From positions 64,001 through 128,000 of the IMG/VR virus record IMGVR_UViG_3300045131_002929: a stretch of DNA of 64,000 bases; one strand, written 5' to 3'. This document shows positions 1 through 9,900 of this stretch, one piece after another. The notes beneath the pieces are model-generated. The model was not told the DNA's origin, ran no database searches, and saw only the letters and a program-made list of their open reading frames with translations. The DNA comes from a virus. Both the position numbers and the translations under genes were made by a program. How positions within the stretch are numbered: the stretch's first letter is position 1; every line of letters starts with the position of its first letter.

Positions 1-31
1 CCAATCTGCAAAAGAAAGAGCAAGTGTCCCC

Positions 32-3000
32 ATGAACATGCACCCGGCAGGTCTGGCCGAGATCCTCGGCCCTATGTTCGCCCAGGCCATGGGCCGGCTA
101 GGCGGCGGCGGCGGCTATGCGCCAGGCATGTTCGGCACAAGCCTGGCCGGCGCCGCCGCGGACCTGCTGGCGCCGGGCAATCCTGCGTTCCAGATGATAG
201 CCCAAATGTACGGGCCCGAGATACAGAAGTCGATATTCGGCGAGAACATGATGGCCGGGTACGGCGGACCGGGCTCCACATGGAACGTCGCCACGCGGCA
301 CATGGAGCTCGACAAGTACCGCCTGAACATGACGCTGAACCGCTCGTCCAGGGAGCAGATCGAGAGCTACAACCAGCAGCAGTACGAAAAGGCTATGATG
401 GGGAAGTACGCCACCCAGGCCGACTGGGAGCGTAACAAGTCCACGGTTCTAGCCGGCAGGGGATCCGACCCGCACTACGGGGCCATAAACGTCATGACGG
501 CCATGGGCGGCTACTCCGGCATAGGCATCGGGATCCAGAACGCGGCCCACGCCTTCGGCTACCGCTACGGGCCAGGCAGGGGCCAGCGCGTCACGAACGC
601 GGCCGCGGAGTCGGACATGGTCGCGCTGACAAACAGCCTGCTGGACGACGCCTTGAACCGCGGCGCCGACTACGGCTCGCTCAACGGACGGGAGATAGGC
701 GACGTCGCGGCCGACCTGCTGCTGTACGGGCCGGGCCGTAGAATGTCCGGCAAGCGCAGGCTATCCTCTGAGGACTCCGACCGGCTCGGCGAGCTGCGCG
801 GCCGCAGGCGGCTGAGCAAGACCGAAAGCGCGGAGAAGCGTGAGATCGAGGAGCGCGAGGCCTTCAACGAGGAGTACAACGCCTTCGGCAATCCGCTGAT
901 CGGACCGATGAGCATCGGCGACGCGAAGACGCGGATACAGCGGACCTCGCGCGAGCTATCCTCGCTGAAGGATCTGCTCGGCAAGGACGTCAACGGGATA
1001 ATAGCCCAGCTCAAAGACACCTTCGGCACCGAGACCACCAGCCTTTACGGCATTGAGCGGACCGGCAAGGCCTTCAACAGGCTGCGCTTCATGGGCGAGG
1101 CCGCGGGGCTCGACCCGAAGACCATGCTGCCGATCGCGCAGGGCATGGCGGCGCTCACCAAACAGCTCACCGGCACAAGCGCGGGCGCGCTCGCGTCGTC
1201 GCAGCTCGCCGGCGCATTGATGGCTAGCGTGCCGCGCAACCTGCCCGGCGTCAACCTGGAAGAACTCAACCAGACCATCGCCTTGAAGACGGTGGGCGCC
1301 AACGAAAGCGACTACGCGCGGACCATAGGCGCCGGCATAGTCGCCGCCGGCCGCAAAGGCGGGACCCGCGGAGTCGCCGAGTTCAAACGCAAACTCGCGG
1401 CCCGGATGGCTGAGGGGGCCACCCCGTCCATGAAAGATGTGGCGGCTCTAGCCGGCGTAGAGGAGAACCAGATAGTGTTCGGCCGCGACGCCAAGGCCGT
1501 GCGCGACCTCGTGGCGGAAGACCCTTTCGCGGGCCAGATGACGATGGCCTACAACGGCAACCAGATCATGAACGAGCGGCGCGGGATACTGCGCAGCTCC
1601 CTGGGGTCGGCCTACAAGGACGGAATGGAGAAGCTGCAGACGCGCGAGCTGGAGAAAAAGCTGATGGCCAAGGGCGTCCCGCTGCTCTCGCTCGGCGTCA
1701 TAAACAGAGGGTACGAGGCGCTGGCCCGCAGATGGGGCGTCCCGGGCGCCAATCCGGACGACCAGCTGGCCGGGATAATAGGCGCGGCCGGTCCGGCCGG
1801 CGCGGCCCTGATGGAGAGCGAGCGGAAGCGCGCGGTGGCCGACAAATACGCGCTTGCCGGCGGCGGCGCGCTGGGCATGCTCAAAGAGCTAGGCCCCGCA
1901 GGCATTTTCAACAGAAGCGCCACTGAAGCCCTGCGCTCCTTCGGCGGGGTGCTGGGCAAAGAGGCCGCGAGCGCCGCTCGCGGCGACCTTGAAGGCGGCG
2001 ACAAAGCTGTGCTGGAGCAGGAATACAAGACCATGGCCACCATGCGCGATTCGATGGCGGCCGGCGGCAGCCTGCGCAATTTCATAGACACCGGCGATTT
2101 CAGCCGGGCCGCGCCTACACGCCCGGCGCGTGGCGGCGACAGCCAGGCCGGCCGGCAGGCCGAATACATGCTGGCCGCCGCCCAGTCGAAGGCCACGGCC
2201 GCGCCAGGCCCGGCCGCCGCCGCCTCGGTGGCCGCCCTGGCCAAATACAAGAAGCTGCTGGCCGCGAACGGTGGCGACGGCTCTAAAGTTTTGAACATGC
2301 TCGGCGATTCGGACCATAAGCTCGTGACCGCAGCCATAGCCGCGGAGGTGGAGCTCGAGCGCGACGTCTTCGCATCGCCCGGCAAGACTACCGAGGCGGA
2401 GGCTACCGCCTACTTGACAGCCTTGCGGGACCGGATGCCGGACTTGAGTACCGAAGAAAAGAAACTGATCGCCGACATGCGGGTCGATCTTAAGACCGGC
2501 ACGACGTTCGCGGAAGCGCAGGCGGCCGCGCAGGCGGCCAGTCCTAGCGCTGCCTCATCTCTGGCCGGCAAGTCGGCCGCTTTCGCTAGGACCATCCGGG
2601 CTTTGAACACGGCCCCGCCGCCTGTGAAGTCTACGACGGAGTCGGCGCTGGACGACTGGATGTCGAGCAGAAGCGGCCTTTCCAACCTCGCGCGGACGTC
2701 GCTGGCCGCCGAGGATTCCGACTGGAACGCCAAGCTGGACGCGCTTGAGAGCGCCGCCGACCCGGCGGACAAGGGCGTCGTGCGGGCCATGCGCGACGCA
2801 GTGGCCAACCGAAGACCCGACGAGTCTATAAACGAGACGATTGACGGGGCTTACTTTCTTACGCGGACAGGTCGGCCGATACTCGATAACTTCAAAAAGC
2901 TGAACGACTCGCTCAGGGCGGCCGGCAAAGTGGACTTCGACGCTTCGAGCATAGCGCCCAACCCCTACTTGGCGGCCGAAACGAAAGAAGCCGAAAAAAA

Positions 3001-4318
3001 ACTGGATCGCATAGTCAAGTCCGCGGGCGGCTCGGCGGAAGGGCATGCCGCCGCCCAGTCCATGCTGCTCGACATCCGAGGCGGAGCTAGCGCGAACGCG
3101 GCCTTCCGCCGACTGGCCGGAGTACAACGCGAGGCCCTGGCGGACACGGAGCGGCAGCTCGGCGGCAAGGGGTTTCTGTTCCAAGGCGGCGACGAGCCTT
3201 TCATAGGCATGACGCCTGAGGAGCTGGACGAACTGGGCGCCGCGGCCGCGGCGGGCAACGCGGACGCCCAGCAATTGAAAGACTATGTCGAAGCGCGCCT
3301 TAGCGTGCGCGGCGGCCTGGACAAGATGAATCTGTCGCGTGGATCCATGCAGAAACTGCGTGCGGACACGCGGGCGGCGTACGCCCGCAAAGCCGGAGCC
3401 TACGGCGCGGCGGCCAACCGCGACATAAGGGCGCGGGTGGCGACCAAGATGCTCGGCGACGCGGAGGCCGGCACGGACATAGGCGGCCAGCGCTTCGTCA
3501 ACATGTCAAGCGACAAGTCATCATACCTGGAGGCCGTCAACTCGCTGAGCTCGGGCAACAAAGGCAAACGCAGAAACAGACTAGGTCAGCTGGAAGACAT
3601 AACCTGGCGCACCTTCGGGCCGGGCAACACCATAAAGACCCACACCGCCGCCGAGCTCGAGCCGGAGATGCGCAGGCAGGTGGCCGAGGCCATAAGCGGC
3701 GAGGCCTACTTCAGATCAGGGCTGGATTCCGACACCGAGTTCAAAAAACCGGGCGACATGACCTACGACGCGCGCGAGGCCGCCTCGAAGCTGGCCTACG
3801 AGGATATAATGGGCAACGCCTCGTACGAATCCATGCGGGCCCAGGGCCGCGACACGGCCAAAGGCGGCGAGCAGGCGATCAAAGGCGACGCCACGGGCGA
3901 CATATTCAACGGCGCCAAGGGCGACGAGTACAGGACTAAGATAGAGAAGGCCCAGGCGGCCGGCAAATGGGAGGAGGTGTCCAGTCTAATGCTGGAGGCC
4001 CAGGCCAAAGGCGCGCTGGGCGGCGGGGAGTTCCTTACGGCCGACCAGATTAAAGAAGAAGAGCAAAAGATCAAAGTGGCCGACGACACGCTTAGGCGCA
4101 GCTCCGCGCCAGACGCCGCGCGCAAAGCAGCGCAGAACGAGAAGAGCAAGGCCAAGGAGAAGCTGCAGCAGAACCAAGAGGCGCAGGACAAGTTCAAATC
4201 GGCGGCCAAGGAGATCGGCGACGCCAACAAGATGAGCCTGGAGCGCATGGTGCAGAAATTGGTGGAATACGTCAGCAAATTCATGACCGACGGGATGCCC
4301 GTGAAGCCCGCCCCTTGA
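32..4318 (+). CDS. Probable tail tape-measure-like protein (1428 aa)
   Basis: Very long Ala/Gly-rich, helical-looking ORF directly upstream of baseplate genes; no enzymatic motif recognised. Confidence 0.55.
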   Translation: MNMHPAGLAEILGPMFAQAMGRLGGGGGYAPGMFGTSLAGAAADLLAPGNPAFQMIAQMYGPEIQKSIFGENMMAGYGGPGSTWNVATRHMELDKYRLNMTLNRSSREQIESYNQQQYEKAMMGKYATQADWERNKSTVLAGRGSDPHYGAINVMTAMGGYSGIGIGIQNAAHAFGYRYGPGRGQRVTNAAAESDMVALTNSLLDDALNRGADYGSLNGREIGDVAADLLLYGPGRRMSGKRRLSSEDSDRLGELRGRRRLSKTESAEKREIEEREAFNEEYNAFGNPLIGPMSIGDAKTRIQRTSRELSSLKDLLGKDVNGIIAQLKDTFGTETTSLYGIERTGKAFNRLRFMGEAAGLDPKTMLPIAQGMAALTKQLTGTSAGALASSQLAGALMASVPRNLPGVNLEELNQTIALKTVGANESDYARTIGAGIVAAGRKGGTRGVAEFKRKLAARMAEGATPSMKDVAALAGVEENQIVFGRDAKAVRDLVAEDPFAGQMTMAYNGNQIMNERRGILRSSLGSAYKDGMEKLQTRELEKKLMAKGVPLLSLGVINRGYEALARRWGVPGANPDDQLAGIIGAAGPAGAALMESERKRAVADKYALAGGGALGMLKELGPAGIFNRSATEALRSFGGVLGKEAASAARGDLEGGDKAVLEQEYKTMATMRDSMAAGGSLRNFIDTGDFSRAAPTRPARGGDSQAGRQAEYMLAAAQSKATAAPGPAAAASVAALAKYKKLLAANGGDGSKVLNMLGDSDHKLVTAAIAAEVELERDVFASPGKTTEAEATAYLTALRDRMPDLSTEEKKLIADMRVDLKTGTTFAEAQAAAQAASPSAASSLAGKSAAFARTIRALNTAPPPVKSTTESALDDWMSSRSGLSNLARTSLAAEDSDWNAKLDALESAADPADKGVVRAMRDAVANRRPDESINETIDGAYFLTRTGRPILDNFKKLNDSLRAAGKVDFDASSIAPNPYLAAETKEAEKKLDRIVKSAGGSAEGHAAAQSMLLDIRGGASANAAFRRLAGVQREALADTERQLGGKGFLFQGGDEPFIGMTPEELDELGAAAAAGNADAQQLKDYVEARLSVRGGLDKMNLSRGSMQKLRADTRAAYARKAGAYGAAANRDIRARVATKMLGDAEAGTDIGGQRFVNMSSDKSSYLEAVNSLSSGNKGKRRNRLGQLEDITWRTFGPGNTIKTHTAAELEPEMRRQVAEAISGEAYFRSGLDSDTEFKKPGDMTYDAREAASKLAYEDIMGNASYESMRAQGRDTAKGGEQAIKGDATGDIFNGAKGDEYRTKIEKAQAAGKWEEVSSLMLEAQAKGALGGGEFLTADQIKEEEQKIKVADDTLRRSSAPDAARKAAQNEKSKAKEKLQQNQEAQDKFKSAAKEIGDANKMSLERMVQKLVEYVSKFMTDGMPVKPAP

Positions 4319-4340
4319 AAACATCCAGCTAAGGCCGGAC

Positions 4341-4922
4341 ATGTCGAATCTGACAAGGCTTTTCTGCGCGCCGCGCATATGCTCGTTCGAGTACTTGGAC
4401 GATGGCGCCGCGCCTATGCAGGTGTTGTCGCTGACCACCGACGCCTCGGACGACAGGGTGGACCTGCTGGTCTCGGAATACCAGTCCAACCTGAGCGTGA
4501 TCCACCAGCTGAGCTACTCCTTCGACAACTACGCCTACGCCTTCGTGTTCGGCGACAGGCCCACGACCTACGAGATATCCGCCGTCGTCTTTCCCGACGT
4601 CTTCGTATGCCCGGCGGCCACTAAGAAGCGGACCAAGCCCGGCAAGCCGGAGAGCGCCAAAGACAAGGATCCCATATACCTGGACTTCGTGCACGCGTTC
4701 TTCGAGGACCACAAGCTGAAAACGGGGAACGTGAACCCATCGCCGGTCTACGCCACTGTGGGCGCCATGTATGCGGGCTCCGGGACCAACGCCAAGACCA
4801 TAAAGGGCTATATAGTGTCGTACGAGATATCGGCGGCGCCCGAGGACTCCATGCGGGCCGACGTCAAATTCACGATGCTCGGCTTCCTGAACTCACGCGA
4901 CCAGTACGACGCGAAAGACTAA
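4341..4922 (+). CDS. Tail/baseplate protein, paralog of next gene (tube initiator/hub-like)
   Basis: Shares HQxxYSFDNxAYxxxFGxRxxxYExSAxxFP and SAxPEDSMxxxVxFTxxG with 4925..5455; follows tape measure. Confidence 0.5.
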   Translation: MSNLTRLFCAPRICSFEYLDDGAAPMQVLSLTTDASDDRVDLLVSEYQSNLSVIHQLSYSFDNYAYAFVFGDRPTTYEISAVVFPDVFVCPAATKKRTKPGKPESAKDKDPIYLDFVHAFFEDHKLKTGNVNPSPVYATVGAMYAGSGTNAKTIKGYIVSYEISAAPEDSMRADVKFTMLGFLNSRDQYDAKD

Positions 4923-4924
4923 AA

Positions 4925-5455
4925 ATGGCTAAAGCTGAAACGAATCTGAATCTATTCGCGAAGCCTTGGGTGGGCGGTTTCTTCAACGCCGACCCTGACG
5001 AGCCTTCGTCGGCGGCCTCGCTGATGACCGTGACGGACGGCGGCCTGGACGGAACGACGAACGGCGCGAGCCTTAACCTGATCTTCTCCTCGCTCAAGAC
5101 GTCCACGGACGTCATGCACCAGGCCCACTACTCCTTCGACAACGACGCCTATGTCCTCACTTTCGGAGAGCGGCTCGGAGTCTATGAGGTCAGCGCCACG
5201 ACTTTCCCGACCGATAAGCTATGCGACGGGGCGGCCAAAGATATAAAATATGTGCAAGGCATGTTCAGCCGCCATAAGCTGAAAGGCGTGTTCAACGAGC
5301 CGGGCGCTGATAACTCGCAGCCGCGCATGGTGCGTTTGAACCTAGGCTCTAAGACGATCCTCGGTTATTTCATCTCCTTCCACACGTCGGCCATTCCCGA
5401 GGATTCTATGGCCATACAGGTCCATTTCACTCTAGTCGGCTATGTAAAGAAGTAG
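4925..5455 (+). CDS. Tail/baseplate protein, paralog of previous gene
   Basis: Same shared motifs as 4341..4922; 2-nt spacing. Confidence 0.5.
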   Translation: MAKAETNLNLFAKPWVGGFFNADPDEPSSAASLMTVTDGGLDGTTNGASLNLIFSSLKTSTDVMHQAHYSFDNDAYVLTFGERLGVYEVSATTFPTDKLCDGAAKDIKYVQGMFSRHKLKGVFNEPGADNSQPRMVRLNLGSKTILGYFISFHTSAIPEDSMAIQVHFTLVGYVKK

Positions 5456-5463
5456 GTTGCGCG

Positions 5464-6138
5464 ATGGAATGCAAAGTCAACAGGCTCTTTTCGGTTCTCG
5501 CCCGCGGCGGCCGCTCGCCTTACGGCAGGGAGGTCTGCGGCAGGGTCGAGGCCGACGATAGATTCGAAGCGGTGCTCGCGGCCGCCTGCCCCGCGGGCGA
5601 GCCCGCCTACCAGGCTTTCTGCGCGGACCAGGCCGTCCAGGCCGCCGCCGGCAGCTACCTGGCGGGGCGGCTGCGGGAGCTGGATCCCGTGAACACCTAC
5701 GCCTTCCCGTTGCGGCATGCGTGGGCCGCGGAGGTCGACTGCGCTTCCGCGTCGGCCCGCGTGAGTCTGAACGCCGGCCCTAGGTCGTGGGTGGCCGGGG
5801 AGTTGCGGGCGCGGGCCAACCAGGCCCTCGGCCTGGTATACGCGAGCTGGCGCGGGCCTGAGCGCGCCGAGCCCTGCGCCCTGGCCGAAGGCTCGGCGGC
5901 GTTCAACGTGGCCGGGCTGGGCCGCGTGGAGCTGGCCGGCTGGGACTACGCCCCGCTGACCGTGTCGATAACGGCCCCCTTCGAAAGGGAGCTGACCGAG
6001 CTGGAAGCCGCTCTCCGCTCAAAGCCGATGCCTTGGCATACGCCCGAGCTGCGCGAGGCCTTCGACTCCAAATTCGAGCTGCGCGATAGGGTGGCCGCGG
6101 CCGTTCTGAACATTCTCATGGAACACAAGGGGGCCTGA
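5464..6138 (+). CDS. Hypothetical protein in tail operon
   Basis: Tightly packed ORF with GC3-rich codons. Confidence 0.6.
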   Translation: MECKVNRLFSVLARGGRSPYGREVCGRVEADDRFEAVLAAACPAGEPAYQAFCADQAVQAAAGSYLAGRLRELDPVNTYAFPLRHAWAAEVDCASASARVSLNAGPRSWVAGELRARANQALGLVYASWRGPERAEPCALAEGSAAFNVAGLGRVELAGWDYAPLTVSITAPFERELTELEAALRSKPMPWHTPELREAFDSKFELRDRVAAAVLNILMEHKGA

Positions 6139-6140
6139 TC

Positions 6141-8063
6141 ATGACTGACAGGAAGGACGTGCCGCCTCCGGCGATGACGAAACACTTCGCGGTGTTCAAG
6201 CGCGACGCCGCCTGGAAGGCGGCTTTCGACGAGATATCGTCGAACTACGTACTGCCGAGGATCGGCGGGTCCGGCCGTTTCACAGCGGGGGCCTCCTCGG
6301 CGATAGACCTGACCGCTGATCCGCGCGGCAGACTCACCCGCGTGTCCGTCCGCGCGCGGGTCCTCGTCGGCAGGGCCAGCTCGAAACGCGAGATAGCCTG
6401 CACTTCGATCGACGTCGTCTACGATAAGCGCAGCATACCCACGGCCTCGTTCAGGCCAGCCGTGGGCTTCCCGCTGGAGAGCCCGGACCGGTTGTCGAAC
6501 TCCGTGTTCAAATTCGAAGGCTACATGGAAGGGACGCCAGTCGAGATCCGGCTCTATTATAACCAGCCAGGCCTCGTGCGCAAGAAAGCGCCCGGCCCGC
6601 GGAAAGCCAACGAGTACCCGCTGTTCAAGGGCTACATCACATCCATATCAGGCGACAAGTCGACGGCCAGCTCGACGTCGTCGGGCATCGTAGTCCATTG
6701 CATCCACAAGGGATGGTGCCTGGCCTCGCTGCCGCCCGTGTCCCGGATCTTCGTGGCCGGGTGGGGCAACACCACCCTGGACACGCTGATGGCCAGCAAG
6801 ACTCCGCTGGCCAACGGCAGCGACGCGACGAAGCCGGGCGCGACGCCGCCTTCGCTGGACCTGCTCACGAAGGCCGACAATCTCTTCAGCGGGTTCAAAG
6901 ACTACCTGGCGGCCGTCGCCAAGAACGAGGAGCTGGCCAGCCCCGGCGTGCGCGGCTCCGGCGACAAAGCCGCGCTGAGCTTCCTCGAGAGCAACCTGAC
7001 GGTGTCCAAGAACGCCACTTTCGGAGCGGAGACGGACAAAGGCAGCAGCGCCACCATGCGCATGCGGATCGCCGGCGCCATGTCCGAGTCGCTCACCGCC
7101 AACTGGAAGACGCAGACCGCCTACGACCTGATCTCCGCCCATATGGGCTCCTTATACTCCTCCGTGGCGTGGACGGCGGACGGCATGCACCTAATGGCGG
7201 ACGTCTCCGCGCTGAAGGCCCATGAGCTGCTGCTGGACTCCTCCTACCTGTTCGGCGTCTCGAAGAGCCAGATGGTGAACCCGCGGAAAGTGGCCGGCGT
7301 GGCTTTGGTCACCCAGTACCTGTCGCAGGATAAGCATCTGGACTCGGGGGCCGCGTCCGGCTCCAAGGACGCCCAGAAGCTGGTGATGTACCCGCCGCAG
7401 ACGGACGAGCAGGCCAAGTACCACACCTTCGCGGAACACGCCGCCAAGGCCAGGGCCGACATCAAGGCGGCCTTCACGGACATGTTCGGCGGCGAGGACA
7501 AGGCCGGCGGCGCCGGCATGTACCTCGTCGTGCAGCCGCCGGCGTGGGCGTCCGGGATATTCAGCAGCGAGTCGCCGGACTGGTCCAGCGGCCTTGACAA
7601 CTTCGTACGGTCGACGGACAACGGCGACCTTTTCAAAACAGGCTCCACGTTCGACGCGCTTAAAACCAAGAACGACCTTGACAAGCAGCGGTCGTATTGG
7701 CAGAAGCTGCAGGACGCCATCGCCATGTGCGAGTTCGGCCACCGCGTGTGGCGCGGATCCACGATGCGCATATCCACGCCGTTCATACCGGACATAGCCC
7801 TGGGCCAGCGGGTGAAGATAAAATGCGAGGCGCGGAAGGACGGGGTCAAGAACGACCTGTCCGTGTTCGGCGGCAACGTGCTGCACGGAGCCGTCGAGAC
7901 GGTGACCATCCACGCGGAGCCCGGCGCCTTCTACATGGACATCGACCTGGACATGGTCCGGTCGGACAAGGACAACGAGCTTTACGGGTTCCCCACCCAC
8001 CCGCTGTTCAAAACGGTGACGGCGTCGTCCGAGACCAAACCCATCTTCCAAGAGCTGCCCTGA
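6141..8063 (+). CDS. Probable baseplate hub / late control D-like protein
   Basis: 'YPLFKGYITSIS' N-terminal beta motif and C-terminal 'PDIALGQRVKI...GAVETVTI' pattern typical of gpD/gp27-like hubs; position in operon. Confidence 0.5.
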   Translation: MTDRKDVPPPAMTKHFAVFKRDAAWKAAFDEISSNYVLPRIGGSGRFTAGASSAIDLTADPRGRLTRVSVRARVLVGRASSKREIACTSIDVVYDKRSIPTASFRPAVGFPLESPDRLSNSVFKFEGYMEGTPVEIRLYYNQPGLVRKKAPGPRKANEYPLFKGYITSISGDKSTASSTSSGIVVHCIHKGWCLASLPPVSRIFVAGWGNTTLDTLMASKTPLANGSDATKPGATPPSLDLLTKADNLFSGFKDYLAAVAKNEELASPGVRGSGDKAALSFLESNLTVSKNATFGAETDKGSSATMRMRIAGAMSESLTANWKTQTAYDLISAHMGSLYSSVAWTADGMHLMADVSALKAHELLLDSSYLFGVSKSQMVNPRKVAGVALVTQYLSQDKHLDSGAASGSKDAQKLVMYPPQTDEQAKYHTFAEHAAKARADIKAAFTDMFGGEDKAGGAGMYLVVQPPAWASGIFSSESPDWSSGLDNFVRSTDNGDLFKTGSTFDALKTKNDLDKQRSYWQKLQDAIAMCEFGHRVWRGSTMRISTPFIPDIALGQRVKIKCEARKDGVKNDLSVFGGNVLHGAVETVTIHAEPGAFYMDIDLDMVRSDKDNELYGFPTHPLFKTVTASSETKPIFQELP

Positions 8064-8105
8064 CGCTATATTCAGTTGTACTGGGTTTTCAACTTGGAGG
8101 ACAGC

Positions 8106-8864
8106 ATGGCCTATTTTCCACCTACACAGCAGCCGCGGCCGCAGGGCAAGACCCTGGCGCCCGACGAGTTCCACGCGTGGAAGGCGGACCCCACTAAAGA
8201 GCGGATGGCTTTGCTGCTGGCCAAGGTGGACCCGGTCATCGACAAGGCGGTGTCCAGCTACGGCGGGTCTTCGGGCCCATCGCTGAAAGTCCGCGCTAAG
8301 ATCATGGCCGCGCAGACCATCGCCAAGTTCGACCCGACCAAGGGGATGCACCTGAACTCCTATCTCATCCAGAATCTGCAGGCTTTGAACAGGGAACGCG
8401 CGGACCGGCAGAACGTCATACACATACCGGAAGCCTCGCTGCTGGCCAAACATAAGATATACGCGGCCGCCACCGAGCTGAAGTCGGAGCTTGGGCGCGA
8501 CCCGACCATTGACGAGCTGAGCGACCATACCGGACTCGACTCCAAGGCGCTGGCGGCCGCCAAGCGGTACGGCCGGACCACCTCCACCTCGGCCGGCGAA
8601 AGCGATAAGGGCGACCAGGGCGCCCATAGTCAGGGCGACTTCGCCCAGGTCTGGATGGACTACCTGTACCACGATCTGGAGCCGCGCGATAAGAAGATCA
8701 TGGAGTGGACCACGGGATACGGCGGGGCCGACATAAAGCGCAAGGGCGACATAGCGCGCGAGCTAGGCGTGTCCGCCGCGGCCGTGAGCCTGCGCATCAA
8801 CAAAATACTCAAACGGATGGAAGAGGGCCAGACATACGCGGCCAGGGAGGCGGTCACCGAATGA
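8106..8864 (+). CDS. Sigma-70-family RNA polymerase sigma factor (FliA/SigF-like size)
   Basis: Region 2 'KFDPTKGMHLNSY', region 3 'ELGRDPTIDELSDHTGL', region 4 HTH 'DIARELGVSAAAVSLRINK'; GGAGG RBS at 8096-8100. Confidence 0.9.
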   Translation: MAYFPPTQQPRPQGKTLAPDEFHAWKADPTKERMALLLAKVDPVIDKAVSSYGGSSGPSLKVRAKIMAAQTIAKFDPTKGMHLNSYLIQNLQALNRERADRQNVIHIPEASLLAKHKIYAAATELKSELGRDPTIDELSDHTGLDSKALAAAKRYGRTTSTSAGESDKGDQGAHSQGDFAQVWMDYLYHDLEPRDKKIMEWTTGYGGADIKRKGDIARELGVSAAAVSLRINKILKRMEEGQTYAAREAVTE

Positions 8865-9499
8865 GCGAGGATGCCAAATCGACAGGCTCCATACAGGATC
8901 TGCTCGGCTACCTGGAGTATCTGCTGGAGCGCTTCGACGCCAAAACCCGGTGGGCGCTGCCAGCCGGGTCGCAGTCGCTCGGCGACGACCCCGCAGGCCC
9001 GGCCAACTTCCTAGGGTCGCAGGGCAACCCCACCCGGCCTACCACCATACTCGACAAGCTGGACGCCGACTCCGCCCTACGGGTGAAAAGCGGTCTACGC
9101 TCCAAAGCCGAGGCGGCCGCGCTGGGCGGCAATTTCTGGGACGCCGGGCTGGATTCCGACACTAAAGCGTTCTGCGCCGACATAGCGGCGGAGCTGGCGG
9201 CCGAGACGGCCAAGATCGGCAGCCCGGTCAAGACCGGATCCGACGGCGGGTCGGCGGCCGACCAGCCTGACTACGCCAAGATCATATGCGACGGCGACGC
9301 CATGGTGCTCGCCAGGAACGCGCAGTCGGCATATCTGGAGAGCTCCATGGACGGATTCGAACGGCGGCTGCGGGCGCTGTCCTACGAGCGCGGGCTCGGC
9401 CGGCCGGACGGCCTTATGGCCAACCTGGCCTCGGTAGGTCAGGTCGCGGGTTTCCACCTTGGCGTGAAACCACCCAACGAGGATGGAGGGGCCGTCTGA
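8861..9499 (+). CDS. Hypothetical protein (starts MSEDAK)
   Basis: ATGA overlap with sigma gene stop; TGATG overlap with next gene. Confidence 0.6.
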   Translation: MSEDAKSTGSIQDLLGYLEYLLERFDAKTRWALPAGSQSLGDDPAGPANFLGSQGNPTRPTTILDKLDADSALRVKSGLRSKAEAAALGGNFWDAGLDSDTKAFCADIAAELAAETAKIGSPVKTGSDGGSAADQPDYAKIICDGDAMVLARNAQSAYLESSMDGFERRLRALSYERGLGRPDGLMANLASVGQVAGFHLGVKPPNEDGGAV

Positions 9500-9891
9500 T
9501 GGCTCGGCTGGACATCAACGTGATATCGAGCTCGGCGGACGCGGCGCTGGCCTTGGACGGCGGATCCGTGGGCGGCAAGGCCAAGCTAGCCCAGCGGACG
9601 CTTCTGCTGATGCTGAAAGACCGCGGAACGGCGACCGAGCCTGACATGGACGGCACCGGCCTGCTGGAGACCAGGGCCTGCACGCTCATCAAAGAAGTTC
9701 TGGACAACACCCTGGCCCGCGCGGCCGAGACCGCTTCGGCGCGCATGCTGGCCTACCCGCCGCCAGACTCGGACGGGGAGGACGCGCTCGGGACGCTGAC
9801 CGCTTACTCGGAGGCCGCGGGCGCGGACTCCGCGACGATACGCATAGCCATACAGAACGAGGCCGGCGCCACTGACACATTAACACTGTGA
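9499..9891 (+). CDS. Probable baseplate wedge subunit (gp25/W-like)
   Basis: About 130 aa, 'GKAKLAQRTLLLMLKDRGT...GTGL' pattern, directly before baseplate J-like gene. Confidence 0.55.
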   Translation: MARLDINVISSSADAALALDGGSVGGKAKLAQRTLLLMLKDRGTATEPDMDGTGLLETRACTLIKEVLDNTLARAAETASARMLAYPPPDSDGEDALGTLTAYSEAAGADSATIRIAIQNEAGATDTLTL

Positions 9892-9900
9892 GGATTTGAG

